Assembly (NCBI RefSeq): GCF_006345805.1 | Contig: NC_043003.1 | Location: forward strand, 20,026,001 to 20,090,000 | Direction of reading: 5' to 3' | Length of the DNA stretch: 64,000 nt | Source: Octopus sinensis | Taxonomy: Eukaryota | Shown here: positions 1 through 13,303 of the stretch, in pieces | Numbering within the stretch: position 1 is the first letter of the stretch | Layout of the letters: every line of letters starts with the position of its first letter | The notes under the pieces: model-generated | What the model was told of the DNA's origin: nothing | Databases searched by the model: none | Seen by the model: the letters and a program-made list of their open reading frames with translations, nothing else | Translations under genes and position numbers: made by a program

Positions 1-560
1 GTTGTCCACAATTACTCCCAGGTCTCTGATGTTGTTGGACGCCGCGAGAGTTTCACCTGAAGGAAGGGAGTATGGGAGTTTCAGGGCATCCTCTTTTCCA
101 AGTGGATTAGCTCAAATTATCCTCGTTCAGCAGCATATTGTTTTTTTCTGCCCATTGGATAACAGCCAGTAGATCTGACTGAAGGCATGTCCGGTCATTC
201 GCCTCATTTATGACCTTCTGTAGCTTGGAGTCATCTGCAAAGATTTTATATTGCTGTGCTTGATGATGTCATTAATGTCATTAATGTAAATGATGAAAAG
301 AAGTGGGCCCAGCACAGTGCCTTGCGGAACGCCACTACTGACTTTGGCTGGGCTTGATTTTACCCCTTCAACTACAACATGTTGAGATCTGTCTGTCAGG
401 AAACACTTGATCCATTTCAGTAACTTTCCAGAGACACCAATGTTGGATAGTTTTTTCAATAGGATCTTGTGATCGACCCTGTCGAAGGCCTTACTGAAAT
501 CAAGGTAGATGACATCGGTGTTGGAGCCCTCTCCCAAAGCTCTCAAAATGTCCTCAAAGT
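1..560 (-). pseudogene. Non-LTR retrotransposon (CR1/L2-type LINE) reverse transcriptase fragment, frameshifted and 5'-truncated
   Basis: ORF 208..723 contains YLDFSKAFDRVDH..LLKKL and SGVPQGTVLGPLLFIIYINDI. The catalytic FADD motif (ttt gca gat gac, ~230-242 on minus) follows in another frame after a 1-bp deletion. Homology stops at the (TA)n at ~561. Confidence 0.92.
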
Positions 561-739
561 GATATATATATATATATGTTTTGCAAGATACCTGATGTGA
601 AATAGTGTGTTGCAACAGATATTGGTGTACTTGTGAATGGTCATAAAATAAGAATAAGAAGAATGCTGAAGTGAAGAACAAGTATACCGAACTTGTGGTA
701 TGACCACCTCCAAATATGACCACCTCTAAATATCAGAAA

Positions 740-804
<65 letters not shown>

Positions 805-833
805 TATATTATATATATATCATATAATAAATA

Positions 834-902
834 GGGTAATAAATAAATTATTATTACCAGAATTTATTTATTTACTGGTAATAATAATTTATTTTATTAC
901 CC
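834..902. repeat. Short fold-back (inverted repeat) insert between (TA)n arrays
   Basis: gggtaataaataaattattattaccag (834-860) pairs with ctggtaataataatttattttattaccc (875-902). Confidence 0.75.
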
Positions 903-951
<49 letters not shown>

Positions 952-1252
952 GTACAATTTACTCTCGCTGTATTTTTTCCCATCTTACGACTATGATCCG
1001 ACAATTTCAAATATGATTGATATGATGATATTGTCTCAATACAACTTTGTTAATCTCAATATAGCTTTTTAAAGAAACCAATATATTTTAGATTGGCCTG
1101 AATGAAAATTACGCAAAAGTGCGCAAAAAAAATCTTTCGCCATATTAATTTGGAAAAGCTTATATTTTTACTGTATATATATATATATTACATGCATATA
1201 TATATGTATGTATACTTATACACATGTATATGCTTATATATACTATATATAT

Positions 1253-1304
<52 letters not shown>

Positions 1305-1555
1305 CATAAAATAAACTTGACCAATGATGTATATATTTATATACATATATACATACATATATATATATATATATAATAATTATTTGAGAGGAATATTATT
1401 CCTAACTTACAGGAAAAAATTCAATTTAGAAATATATATATGTATATATACATATATACACTATGCACTTATATATATACATATATGTATAAAATAATGT
1501 ATGTATGTATGTATGTATGTATGTATGTATGTATGTATGTCTCTATCTATATATA

Positions 1556-1618
<63 letters not shown>

Positions 1619-2109
1619 CATACATACACACACATGCACGCGCACATACTCTTACATACGCATATATATGAAACAGAATACGGCAAAAACATATTTTACT
1701 TCATATTGCTAATGAATCCGTTGAGAATGATGTTAGTGGTTGTTCATATTTATTGACACCACTGGCTTTAAATATCTGATATCCACAATCAGTCTACTAA
1801 TTAGATAACCATTTTAAATAGACACTTCTTTTGACGGAGAAAAATCCTCGCTTCGTATCGACGTGCGTTTGTTAGCTTGGTTCTGGGAAGCTATTAGATC
1901 CTGTTGTTATTAATATAGAACAGCAGCTAATAATTTTGGAGCTGTAGTATATTGAGAAATTTAGCAACTAGATGCGTTTCATTCATATAACGGATTTATA
2001 GCAATCTAGCGCCTCTCAAATATTCGTCCGTAATTTTACTGTCATCTCACAATTTTATTAGTCTTCAGAATATACCACGATGTTTGGTTTGTCTATAAAT
2101 CTCGACTTT

Positions 2110-2554
2110 TTCTTTTACTTGTTTCAGTCGTTTGACTGAGGCCATGCTGGAGCACCTCCTTAAAGGGCTTTACTCGAAGAAATCGACCGCAAAATTTATT
2201 CTTTGTAAGACTAGTACTTATTCTATCGGTTTATGTTTTGCCGAATCACTAAGTTACGGAAAACTAAACCCACCAACATCCGTTGTCAAGTGATGGTGGG
2301 GTGGGACAAACACAGACTCAAAGACACACACATAAATATATACGTACACACACAGACACATACACACACATATGTGTTTGTGTGTGTCTCTGACGGGCTT
2401 CATTCAGTTTCCGTCTACCAAATCCACTCACAAGGCTTTGGTCAGCCCGAGGCTATAATAGAAGACACTTGTCCAAGGTGCAATGCATTGGGACTGAACC
2501 TGAAACCATGTGTGCGGGAAGCAAGCTTCTTACCACATAGCCATGCCTGCGCCT
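2110..2554 (-). mobile_element. tRNA-derived SINE family A (CORE-like, internal microsatellite), full length
   Basis: Reverse complement of the consensus seen at 47203-47600. Confidence 0.85.
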
Positions 2555-2579
2555 ACATACTTGCAAAATATTAAGCATA

Positions 2580-2895
2580 TCTTGATGGTATTCTTTTCAC
2601 CCATGTTTGTTTGTTTGTCTGCGGACAAGATATCTCAAGAACCGCTGGATAGATTCGTGACTGGCATAAACTGATTAGATTTTGGGATCGATCCGGTACC
2701 GGACAAGGATTCTAGATTATCATTATTTTTTTTTACTTAATCTTTGAGAGCGGTAGGGTTCATTTTTAGTATTCTCGTTTGTGAGAGCAGTCGAGTTTAT
2801 TTAAGATATTTAAAAAAAAAAAATCATCTCTGGCTAACCGTTGAGAGGACGTTGGTGTTGCTTTGTGGAGGCTTGCGCTTTCTATTATTTTCAAA
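2580..2895 (+). mobile_element. Probable Helentron-associated (HINE/DINE-1-like) non-autonomous element, degraded
   Basis: ttttcacc..(tgtt)n-tgtctg near the 5' end and gtggaggcttgcgctttcta near the 3' end resemble the HINE layout. Recognition by pattern only. Confidence 0.45.
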
Positions 2896-2927
2896 AGTTC
2901 TGTGAAAGTGTATATATATATATATAT

Positions 2928-3145
2928 TTCGCTTTTGGATTTGGTTTGCAAGGTTCTTTATATGAGTTCGTGTGTTGAAGAATATTCTGTTGTGTCTGGG
3001 GAAAATCATTTTCTTTTTGTGCCTTATAATGTAACACACTCACCGGTAAAATTTCCACCTATTTCTTATTTTTCTTTTCCTAAAATTTTCGTTGCGCTTA
3101 CATTATAAGGCACAAAAAGAAAATGACTCTCCCCAGACACATCAG
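2928..3145. mobile_element. (TA)n-flanked fold-back insert, Penelope-like relic
   Basis: Arm 2991-3034 pairs with 3098-3141. The minus strand of the spacer carries GCAAC-GAAA-ATTT-TA-GG, the 3' half of a hammerhead-like motif. Its left part resembles 578-640 and 47820-47890. Confidence 0.65.
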
Positions 3146-3160
3146 TATATATATATATAT

Positions 3161-3363
3161 AGACCGGAGTAAACACATAAATGTGAAACAAGGTGGAAAA
3201 AAGAGTACTCAAATACCAGTGGTAGAGTAATATGCTTTTTTAAGCAGCAGAAAATTCAACAAAATCTGTTACTCTGAGTTTCTCGTTGCCGTTCATCATG
3301 ATGAACGGCAACGAGAAACTCAGAGTAACAGATTTTGTTGAATTTTCTGCTGCTTAAAATAAA

Positions 3364-3366
<3 letters not shown>
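3161..3366. mobile_element. (TA)n-flanked insert containing a perfect 122-bp palindrome centred in a hammerhead core
   Basis: 3238-3298 is the exact reverse complement of 3299-3359. Each arm reads TGATGA-acggcaacga-GAAAC-tcaga-GTA-acag. Same family as 12963-13165. Confidence 0.85.
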
Positions 3367-3399
<33 letters not shown>

Positions 3400-4544
3400 A
3401 TATATATAGTTAAAGCTGAAGTATCGATTCTCCCCTTTAAAGAAATCTATGAATATAATCTCATAGCTTTTCTATTACAGCCTGAAAAGTTGTTCAGGCA
3501 AGACATTATCGTTTTTTAAAAAGGAAATTTCTTTTTTCCTTTTTTTAATGTTTTATGTCTCTTCTTCAAATATCGTAACAAATCTTAAAAATTCCGTATG
3601 CAGACACACACACACGTTTTGTTCATTTTGTAGCATTAAGAATAGAGTCTGGAAAATGTCAATTTTTGTCAGACAAACGAAGATTGCACAAACGGACAAC
3701 GAGTTTCTCAAGATTGATGGACTACTTGAGGAACAATCGAACGAAACCTTGGTCCGGTACTAATATATTTCCCCTCTCTCTCTCCTTCCCCTTACTCTCC
3801 TTCCCTTCTCTCCTTTTCCCTCGTTTCATTTCCTCCTCTCTCTCCTTTCCCCTCTCTTTATATATATACATATATGTGTGTGTGTGTGAGTATACAAACA
3901 CTTGCACCAACATACATGCACAGCTTGCAAGACCAGATCTAAACTGGGCCACACACACACACGCACACACATACACACACACGTATAACAACAACAACGA
4001 AAACAGCAACATCCCGTCGTAGTTTCCTTTGCTTTTCTCTAAGAGTTGATAAATAAATAGCCGAGGTCGATTAAACGTACAACATAACTTGTCCTAAAAA
4101 TAAACGTGGCCTTCTCACATGCTAACAGAAATCGATATACGTTATATGTATTGACATATAGGATTGGTCATGTTTGTTGTGTTGGTGGCGAATGGCAACA
4201 TCTACAGAGTGTTTGGTGGCATTTGGTGGCAGTAATGGCAGTAGTGGTGGTGGGTGCTAATGTCTATAGACCATCTTGTGGTATTTACTCTATGTCTACA
4301 TAGTTCTTCAGCTGCCGTCTACATTAAGCAGCTTGGCTGTCGCCTCGTTGACACTTGCAGTAATAATAAAAGAGAAACTTGCTGTTTGTTTCTGCGATTT
4401 CCAACTGCAATTAAGTGGCTCGGTTGATGAGTGGTTAGAGCGAAATTGCAATTAGGGGAGTATGTGGTTCAGTGGTTAGAGCGTTATTTGTTCCGGCTCA
4501 TTGCGCACCGAGTTTAAATCGTGCCGAAGGCGTCTTTCTTCTGT

Positions 4545-4739
4545 CATTTTATCTTTTATCATTTCACTCATTGGACTGCAGCCATGTTGGGTCACAGTTC
4601 TGAAGGGTTTAGTCGAACAGATCGAACTCAGTATTTTAAAAAATCTCGTTCTTATTCTATTGGTCACGTTTACTGAACTGTTAAGTTATGGCGTCTTAAG
4701 CAAACCATCACCGATTGTCGAGCGTTGGGGGGCAAACAC

Positions 4740-4780
<41 letters not shown>

Positions 4781-4950
4781 ACACACACACACACTTACAC
4801 ATTCATATACGAAGAACTCCCTTGCAGTTTCCGTTTACTAAATTCAATCACAAGGCATTGATTGGCCCGAGGCCATAGTAGTAGACACTTGCTCAAGCTG
4901 CTGTGCTGTGAAATTGAACCAGAATCTACGTGGTTGCAAACTTGCGCCTA
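4545..4950 (-). mobile_element. SINE family A, diverged
   Basis: Recognisable 3' and 5' halves around a (CA)n array. Confidence 0.7.
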
Positions 4951-6529
4951 GTTAACTTTTTCGAGGCTGATGAAATAAATATCAATTTAAGACGTCGATT
5001 GGCCAACAGTTACAGCAAATGACAGATGCGTTGGGTTACTTCTTTCGGCCGTTATGGTTTGTTTCAAGAAGTAAAAAGTGTGAAACTAGCCACACTCAGT
5101 TCAGTTAGAAATAAAAATAACTTTACGTCTTAAAAATTCGTTATGTGCAACAGAAACATTATTAGATTAAAGCAGCTATCTCTGTACCATACTTAATGTA
5201 AATGAATCACCGAAAGACAAATTACCTGTGGTATTCTTCTGGAGATAATGTCTCTTGTGGACGTACTGTGTTAAATGATATACAACTATATCAGTAACAG
5301 AGAAAAATTGTCCCGTAACGGCTTGTGGGTTATGTCAGCAGAATGCACCTGCTGGCAACTTCATGCCAACAGAAAACCTGTAGCCACTGATACAAGAAAA
5401 CTGTGATTGAATAATCACTGATGTTGTAATTAGCCGGCTGGCTGAACAAAAATTCACGATGTGCAGCAGAAGTAGTATTAGTTTAAAGTAGCAATCTACA
5501 TATCATACTTAATGCAAATAAATCACAGAAAAACAAACAACAATCACCACCAACAACATCAACAAAAGCAAGAAATTAAAAGGGAAACAAAATATAATCC
5601 AAAACAATACAAAACAAGAACAAATATTTAACAAAAGTTTTTGTTGCTTAGGAACAGGAGAATAATAATTGAAAAATCAGAAAAAATGCAAACAAACTGG
5701 AAGTCAGACACGATTAATTAATGTGAGAGCAAACACTGAAATATGGTCATCTTGGAATACAATTATTCTTTGTGTAACACACATAGAAACTAAAACATAC
5801 GGTTACAAAATACGTGAAGCTTATACTGAGGGCTGGCGTTAAGGGTTTCAACGCCCGGGGCCAGCCATATGCTATGTTCCCACTTTTTCAATCCTTTGTC
5901 TACAACTTCCTTCAGCCACCTTACTCTTTACACCAGTGGGGACATGCAATCGGAAAATTATTATCAACTTGCGAGAAAAAAAAATAAGAAAAAGGAAAGA
6001 AAAGAAAATGTAAACCCCACAGAAATCTATAGTTTAATGTTCAAACTTGTCTTACATGAAACCAATCCATGGTACAGAAAACGTTTGGGGTACCGCTACC
6101 CTAAGTAATCGTCTAATTTTCCTTGTGCGTAGAGTCGACCCTGATTACAAATCCAGCCACGTGTATACGTATGGCAGAAGTGGAGGCAAACGATAGGAAA
6201 ACTGCAGCAGAATTTGTGCAAACAATTTCCTAAATAATTGAAGCAGATTTAAATTCTTTACAACAAATATTCAATGAACCCGTCTATCCAGGAAGAAAAT
6301 GGCAAAGGGAAATTTTATACCAAGAGCAGAAGAAAAATATGAGCTGATTCATGGCACTTAACGGTAGAACTTTAATAGTATTATGCCCCCAGTGCATTAA
6401 GGATTGTTTGAGGAAGCTGTTATCAATTAATGGGGGTCCGTAATCCGTGTGCAATGAGCGGACTGAATAAAAATATTCTCTCAGTTCATTGGCATGCGAA
6501 TAAAAAGAGCAAAAGAAGGAGTAACCGCT

Positions 6530-6790
6530 TGTGGAGGAGCGTGGCTTAGTGGTCAAAGCTGTTCGACTGGTCAATAGTAAAATTATTGTTTCGATTCCTG
6601 GACCAGGCGATGCGTTAGGCTTTTGAGTAAAATACTTTATTCAACGTTGCTCTAGCCTACTCAGAAAATGTGAGTCGTGTAATGAAGTCGCAACGAAAAT
6701 TGAGTAATGCAACCCAGTGATGGATGGTGCATCTGCCTGAAAAATAAACAGAGGAAAACTTCTGCACTGATGGGTCATAGGCTTACCATC
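6530..6790 (+). mobile_element. tRNA-derived SINE family D
   Basis: A box gtggcttagtggt and B box gtttcgattcc, then ttgagtaaaatactttattcaacgttgct. Related copies at 13730-13840(-), 27848-28170, 32749-32970, 50960-51200, 58660-58960(-) and 60795-60900. Confidence 0.75.
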
Positions 6791-6832
6791 GTGTTAGATA
6801 TTATCATTATTTTATTTCATTTTATTTATTTA

Positions 6833-7222
6833 CTAGCTGTATCGCCTGGCGTTGCTCGGGTTTGTTTCGACCCTTTAGAACTGGAATTTTTGAAAAGTAA
6901 AAAATTTGCATTATGTAGCTTGTTATTCTCTTTAAGTGAACTTTTTTCTGGTTGAAATACACCGAAAAATGGCGACACAGCAGTAAAAAAATCGTAAAAA
7001 ATAGGGATTTTCATAGAAAAAAAGCACCTTTTTGATGTAAATAATTTTTGGCGTTAACATGATCCGATTTGAATTTTATCTTCTACGGAATGAAGAGCAA
7101 GCCTTCTTCTATCATACTCTCAGTTTCGGTCAACTTGCACCGCAGGGTCTCGGAAGAGATAGTGTTAGTTGAAGGCTACCAAACCGGCCATACACAGACA
7201 ACTTCAGCTTTATATATATAGA
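6833..7222 (-). mobile_element. Non-autonomous Helitron
   Basis: Minus-strand 5' TC(tatatatataaag) at 7222, 3' CTAG at 6833-6836 and subterminal GC hairpin cctggcgttgctcggg. Inserted between A and T without a TSD. Highly similar to 48465-48806. Confidence 0.8.
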
Positions 7223-7239
7223 TTTATTTATTTTTAGGA

Positions 7240-7800
7240 ATTATTGCAATATTCGAAAACTGGTTTAATACAAAGTGGTTTTATCAAAGCTTTGTTCCTG
7301 AAGTTGGTGCGATAAAAATAGTGACACTAAATGATAAATGTTTAAGTGAAGTTAACAGTCTTCGTGTGTTTTTGAATGTTTAATATGTGTCTTTCACGCT
7401 ATAATTGTTTTAGTTTACACACAGTCTCAGCTACCATAATTTGCTAGACAAATATATCTCCAAAAATAATATCGATATTTTGAATTTTATTACTAATTGA
7501 TAACGTTCCATCGTATCCCTGTGATTTAGAACACCCTAACGTTAAAGTTCTGTCCTTGCCATCACATAAAACTATATCACCTAGCCAACCATTAGATCAA
7601 GGAATAATTTGTAATTTTAAAACAAATTATGTTAAACATTCGTATAGAAATTACACGATGATATGGAGGAGAGCCAGCTTACAATTTTAGAGTTATGGGG
7701 GAAATATTTAATGTTCTTCATTGTGTGAAGATAATAGCAATAGCTAATCAAGAAATTAAGAAAGCTGCCTTAACTGTTTGTTGGAAAGTAATTTTGTCTG
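7240..7800 (+). pseudogene. pogo/Tigger-family DDE transposase remnant
   Basis: Translation from 7487 gives LLLIDNVPSYPCDLEHPNVKVLSLPSHKTISPSQPLDQGIICNFKTNY (DN..H/QPLDQG motifs). FENWF and FVPEV pieces lie upstream at ~7250-7305. Confidence 0.85.
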
Positions 7801-7989
7801 GATCATTTTGGAATGGTAGAGATACCGAAGCAAGAAAACCTCTAAACAGATACAAAATTAGTTGAAGAAGGCGGTTTCGAGTTTAGTACCACTATGCAGT
7901 ACTTTTGGGCAAATATCTTGTACTATAGTACATGTCAACCAATGCCTTCTGAGGGAATTTGGTCAATGGAAAGTGTGTGGAAACTCGTC

Positions 7990-8026
<37 letters not shown>

Positions 8027-8173
8027 TTATGAGAGGTAATGGTGTCAATAAGACTCAAAGGTGTTAAGTAATGCTGAGTAAGTGGTATGGATAGACCATA
8101 GTTAAGCCCAGATTCGGTGATTATGCGAAAAAGCAGTCCAACGTAGGTCATATATCAGCATGTGTATATATAA

Positions 8174-8579
8174 TTTTTTTTCAGAATGAGATAAAAAAAC
8201 CCAAGGCTGTGAAGATTTTAGAACATTTATAAATAGGTCTTACAGCTGTTTCCAGGATATTTATTATAATCCTTCATCAGAGACAGTGTGAGAAAATGGT
8301 GAAGTAATAGTTAATTTATATAAGATACGAAATAGAAAGTGAAGTGGAGGAATGAAAATAGACGTGAGATATGCAGGGATATTGCATTTATTTTCATTCC
8401 TCGACTTCACTCCCTATTTCGTACCTTATCTAACTTAACTATTGCTTAACCATTACCTCATACCGTTTCGGATAAAGGGATATAATAAATATCCTGGAAA
8501 CAGCTGTAAGACCTATTTATAAATGTTCTAAAATCTTCACAACCTTGGTTTTTCTTTATCTCATTCTGAAAAAAAAAAA
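8174..8579. mobile_element. Fold-back element (~190-bp arms) carrying hammerhead ribozyme motifs, Penelope-like
   Basis: 8174-8360 pairs imperfectly with 8389-8579; hammerhead motif in each arm. Confidence 0.8.
8237..8284 (-). ncRNA. Type I hammerhead ribozyme (minimal, palindromic loop 3)
   Basis: Minus strand GTCT-CTGATGA-AGGAT(TATAATAAAT)ATCCT-G-GAAAC-AGCT-GTA-AGAC. Stem I GTCT/AGAC, stem II AGGAT/ATCCT, cleavage triplet GUA. Confidence 0.8.
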
Positions 8580-8803
8580 GAAATGTGTATAAATGAAAAA
8601 TGCATTGAATATTACAAAACGTACAACGTACACATAGGACAGACACAGAAGGACACTAATTCTTCATCAGTTATCGACCGAAAAATACTAATTCTCTGTT
8701 TCGTGTCTTTAACGATAAGACAGAACTTCATATATCGGCGGCACCAGGTACATGTATGTATGTATGTATGTATGTATATATGTAATGTATGTATGTATGT
8801 ATG

Positions 8804-8834
<31 letters not shown>

Positions 8835-9579
8835 GTTTGTGTACGCGTCTTTGTGTTTGTTACCCCATCGCTTGACAACCGGTGTTGGTTTGTTTAGGTC
8901 GCCGAGACTTATGGGTTCAGGAAGCCATATCGATAGAATAAATACCAAACTTGCAAAAGATAAGTGCTGGGATCAATTTTTGGTCAACTAAACCCGTCAA
9001 GGTGGTGCCCCAGCATGGCCATATCCTGTAAACAACAGAAGAAAAAAATACCTGTTGTTTTTGAAACATGAGTTAAGTGAAGAATTTTTAATTGACATTA
9101 TTCCAACGAATAATTCATGAACTATTTTCAATGATTACCGCAAAAATATATAAATAAGATGAATTACACATAGAAGGAAATCTGCAATCGCATTTCATGT
9201 TGAATGGTTCTAATACGTAACGCAGTTGGATAATTTAAAGTGAGATCTTTACATTGATATGAAAAGAAACTGAGCCTAAAATTAGAGATTTCAAGAGAAG
9301 GATAGCGATAAAAAAACAGAGAAAGAAAAGAAGCACGGAATAGTAGAGATGGTGATGATAAATTTCAACTGATGGAAAAACAGGAAGAAAGAGAATTGTT
9401 TTAATATATTTAAGTGAATATATTTAAGTCGTCGGCGACCATTTTATTGGGAAAATTTAAGCGATAGCATCATATTTCTTTATCTGGTTCCCTTCTTTAT
9501 TCAACAGGGTAGAGCGTGATTTATGAAAGAATTGACTGTCATATCAAGCAGGTGGAGCGATCATGGCGGCTCATCATTA

Positions 9580-10290
9580 CTGCGTGGCACCTTGAGCAAG
9601 TGTCTTCTACTATAGCCTAGGGCCGACCAAATGCTTGTGAGTGGATTTGGTAGACGGAAACTGAAAGAAGCTCACTACACCCATCACACACACACACACG
9701 CGCGCACACACACACATATATATAATATACATACATATGTGGAAGCGCAATGGCCCTGTGGTTAAGGGCAGCGGACTCGCGGTCGTAGGATCGCGGTTTC
9801 GATTCCCAGACCGAGCGTTGTGAGTGTCTATTGAGCGAAAACACCTAAAAGCTCCACGAGGCTCCGGCAGGGTGTGGTAGCGAACCCTGCTGTACTCTTT
9901 CGCCACAACTTTCTCTCACTCTTTCTTCTGTTGGCCTGCTCGCTTAGCCAGCGGGGTAGCGTCATTTGAAGGTTAAACAATGCGAAGCGCATTGTGACCA
10001 GCGATGTGTAGTAACATCTGATAGCCTGGTCGGTCACGGTGGTCACGGTGATATATATATACCTATGTGTGTGTATCTGTGATGTATTTGCTTCCACAGC
10101 CTGACAATCGGTGTTAGTGTGTTTCTCCATAATCTGACGGGTCGGCAATAGAGACCGATATCATAAGTACAAAAGAAACAAAACAACAAAAAAAAATTAA
10201 AATGTACTGAGGTCGAGTCATTCGTCCAAAACTTCTTCAAGGTGGTACTCCAGCATGGCCGCAGTCTGAAACACACAAAAGATGAAATAT
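9580..10290 (+). mobile_element. SINE family A split by a nested SINE C insertion
   Basis: The 5' half (9580-9685) and 3' half (10065-10290) flank the insert. Confidence 0.75.
9738..10051 (+). mobile_element. tRNA-derived SINE family C
   Basis: A box tggccctgtggttaagg, B box ggtttcgattccc, and 3' end ggtcacggtggtcacggtga followed by (TA)n. Confidence 0.8.
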
Positions 10291-11151
10291 AAAAGACATA
10301 TGTATATCTATGCCTACATGTGACTGCGTGTTACTTAGGTCAAAGAGGCCTCGTACGGGAACGTTTTGGGTGGTAATTAGATGTAGTGGTTTGACTTGCT
10401 ACTTTTCCTTGGAACTGTATTTGGTAAAATTGTGGTCGTCATCGTCATCGTCGTCGTCGTCGTTATTGTTCTTGTTGTTGTAAATACTACTTCTAGAGAT
10501 GATTTTACCGTTACTGCTCCTGGTAATAATTTCACTGCCATTAATGCTACAAAATTTTTGTTGTTCTTTTTTTTTATTACCTGATGGGAGAAAATCATGT
10601 ACAAAACTTCTACATAATTCTCGATAAAATTCTATAGACGGACATTATTAAAACTGTAGATTATACTGTGTAGAAAAACTGGTTTGATTCGCAGACTTTC
10701 ATATCGCACAATGCTTCAATTTTTCAGAAAAAAATCCCTCTAAAGAAAATATAACGTATCTCTATAAACAGTTACATTGTATTTCTGACCTTTCATTATC
10801 TTTACATTCTTCGTGGTTTATATATATGCGTGTGTATTTGCATGTATGCATGGATATATGCACACACATATATAAAGAGAAGAAAACTTAGCTTTGAATA
10901 AATGATTTCAAATTGAAAATATATAAAAAAACCATTTGCATAATGTGAATGATCAACCATACTGTTATAAACTTACAAGGGAGAACGCCTCTATCATAAT
11001 ACATACATATATACATACATACATACATGCATGCATACTTACATACATACATACATATATACAAACATACATACATATATATATACATATATATATATAT
11101 AAGTAAATCATATTCATATATTTATATATAATATAGTATATTTATATATAT

Positions 11152-11185
<34 letters not shown>

Positions 11186-11298
11186 CATATCAATATATAT
11201 ATATACATACATATATATATGTATATATATATATAGATAGATAGATATATATCAGTATATATATATATATATATATATACATATGTAGAGAGAGAGAT

Positions 11299-11331
<33 letters not shown>

Positions 11332-11721
11332 TACATACATATACACATACATCCACACATACACATAGATACTTACATAAACATATACTTGTTTGTGTGT
11401 GCAAATGTATGTATGTACATATGTACGTACGTATGTATGTGTCTGTCTATGCATATACTTTATTTCTGTAAATATAAAACGTCAGCAAAGCGAAGAGCAA
11501 AAAAAAAGCAAGAAACAAAAAAAAAATCATTTCAGAGAATTCATAGAGCAATGGAAACATGCCAAGTGTAAAGATAAAGATTTCGACCTATATCCATAAA
11601 CACTGAATTCATTCAAAAGAACAAAATCCAAGCTAAAGCGAGCAAATAGCTTTCTTGATACGTTTCTGCATCTATCTGCATATATAAGATAGGACTTGGA
11701 TTCAGACCGAGAGAGGGGAAC

Positions 11722-11784
<63 letters not shown>

Positions 11785-11936
11785 GAGAGAGAGAGAGAGG
11801 GAAAGAGAGAGAGAGAGAGGGAGAGAGAGATAGAAGGAGAGGCTTGTTCCAATCAGCCTTCTATCAGGAAGAAAAAAACCTCAATACTAGAGTAAAACTA
11901 AATTCATTATGGGATTTGTTAGGTTTGTGGGTTACA

Positions 11937-11980
<44 letters not shown>

Positions 11981-12615
11981 TACACACACAACACACACAC
12001 ATGCACACACACACACATACACACACAAACACACTCACACACACAAAGAGATATACGTACATATACACGCACACATGTACATGAATATATGCATTTATAT
12101 ACACAAGTATATATATGCATATATACGCGTAGATATAAGCATATATTTATGTATATATATATATATATATAAATCTGTTTTAAATCTATCTTTTGTTTAA
12201 TAGATTAACTGTTCCACATATGTAAAAATATACAAAGATGTAACCGCTCCCCACACTCACGTATATGTGTGAGTGTAGCTATATGTGTGTATAAATGTAT
12301 GTGAATATGGAAGTATATTATCCATAAAACAACCAAAAATATTAATTGGCTGAGGAGGGGAAAAAAGCACTTTAAGACTATTACTGCATATACAGATTGC
12401 AGATTCGATTTTTGTTTATATCTAATACAGAAGAACAATAGAAAGTTTAAAAAAAATACATGTATACTCACTGAAGGAACACACATACACACACACCAAC
12501 GTCCGCACACAAACATAGGTACATAAAAACATACAACCTACAAAACATGCATATACATACATATATATAATATTATAATACATATACATATACATATATA
12601 TATATACTTATATAC

Positions 12616-12660
<45 letters not shown>

Positions 12661-12913
12661 ATATATATGATATAAATAATATATAAATATATGCATATAT
12701 ACATACCTATATCTATATGTATATATACATGCATATATGTGTACAGGACATAAAAAAACGTTGAACACAATGAGAAACGAAAACATAAAAACTAAATCAT
12801 GGAACGAACTTGTTTTGAACAACGAAAAAACAGAGTACAGGATTATACAACACGAGGAATATTCAGTTGTCCCTGTTTCGTCTACTCCGCATTCCATAAT
12901 ATATATATATTAT

Positions 12914-12962
<49 letters not shown>

Positions 12963-12964
<2 letters not shown>

Positions 12965-13165
12965 AATGTGAAACAAGGTGGAACAAAGTAGTATTACTCG
13001 AATACCGTAGGTAGAGTAATACGCTTATTAATACAAAGACATCATAAAAACTGTTACTCTGCGTTTTACGTTCCCGCTCGTCACATAAAATTGTCCGACG
13101 AACGGGAGCACGAAACTCTGAGTAACATTTTTGGGGAAGTCTTTGCAGCTTATTAATAAAGTATA
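12963..13165. mobile_element. (TA)n-flanked fold-back insert with variant hammerhead (same family as 3161-3366)
   Basis: Shares taaatgtgaaacaaggtggaa..ggtagagtaata with 3178-3232. Arms 13051-13082 and 13097-13127. Plus strand TGT-CCGACGA-acgggagcac-GAAAC-tctga-GTA-ACA (13092-13127). Confidence 0.75.
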
Positions 13166-13267
13166 TATATATATATAATATATATATATATATATTATAT
13201 ATATATATATATATATGGAAAAAAAGTCAAGATAGAAAATACTAAAATAATTTTATAAAAAACATTT

Positions 13268-13303
13268 CAGTACCGGTTTCAGTCATTGAGACTTTTTCCT
13301 CTG
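13268..13303 (-). ncRNA. Degenerate hammerhead-like motif in a (TA)n-flanked insert (13217-13370)
   Basis: Minus strand CAG-AGGAAAA-AGTC(TCAAT)GACT-GAAAC-CG-GTA-CTG. Stems I-III are intact and the 7-nt core is non-canonical. Confidence 0.55.

Noticed and set aside
655-705. KNAEVKNKYTELV resembling a restriction-like endonuclease K..KY..L motif
   Set aside because: Too short, with no surrounding homology visible.
560-723. N-terminal part of ORF 208..723 as genuine RT sequence
   Set aside because: The frame simply reads through (TA)n into an unrelated insert; RT homology starts at about 560.
9738-9815. tRNA-like sequences with A and B boxes (also in SINE A and SINE D heads)
   Set aside because: No complete cloverleaf or acceptor stem, and they continue into SINE bodies, so they are SINE heads rather than tRNA genes.
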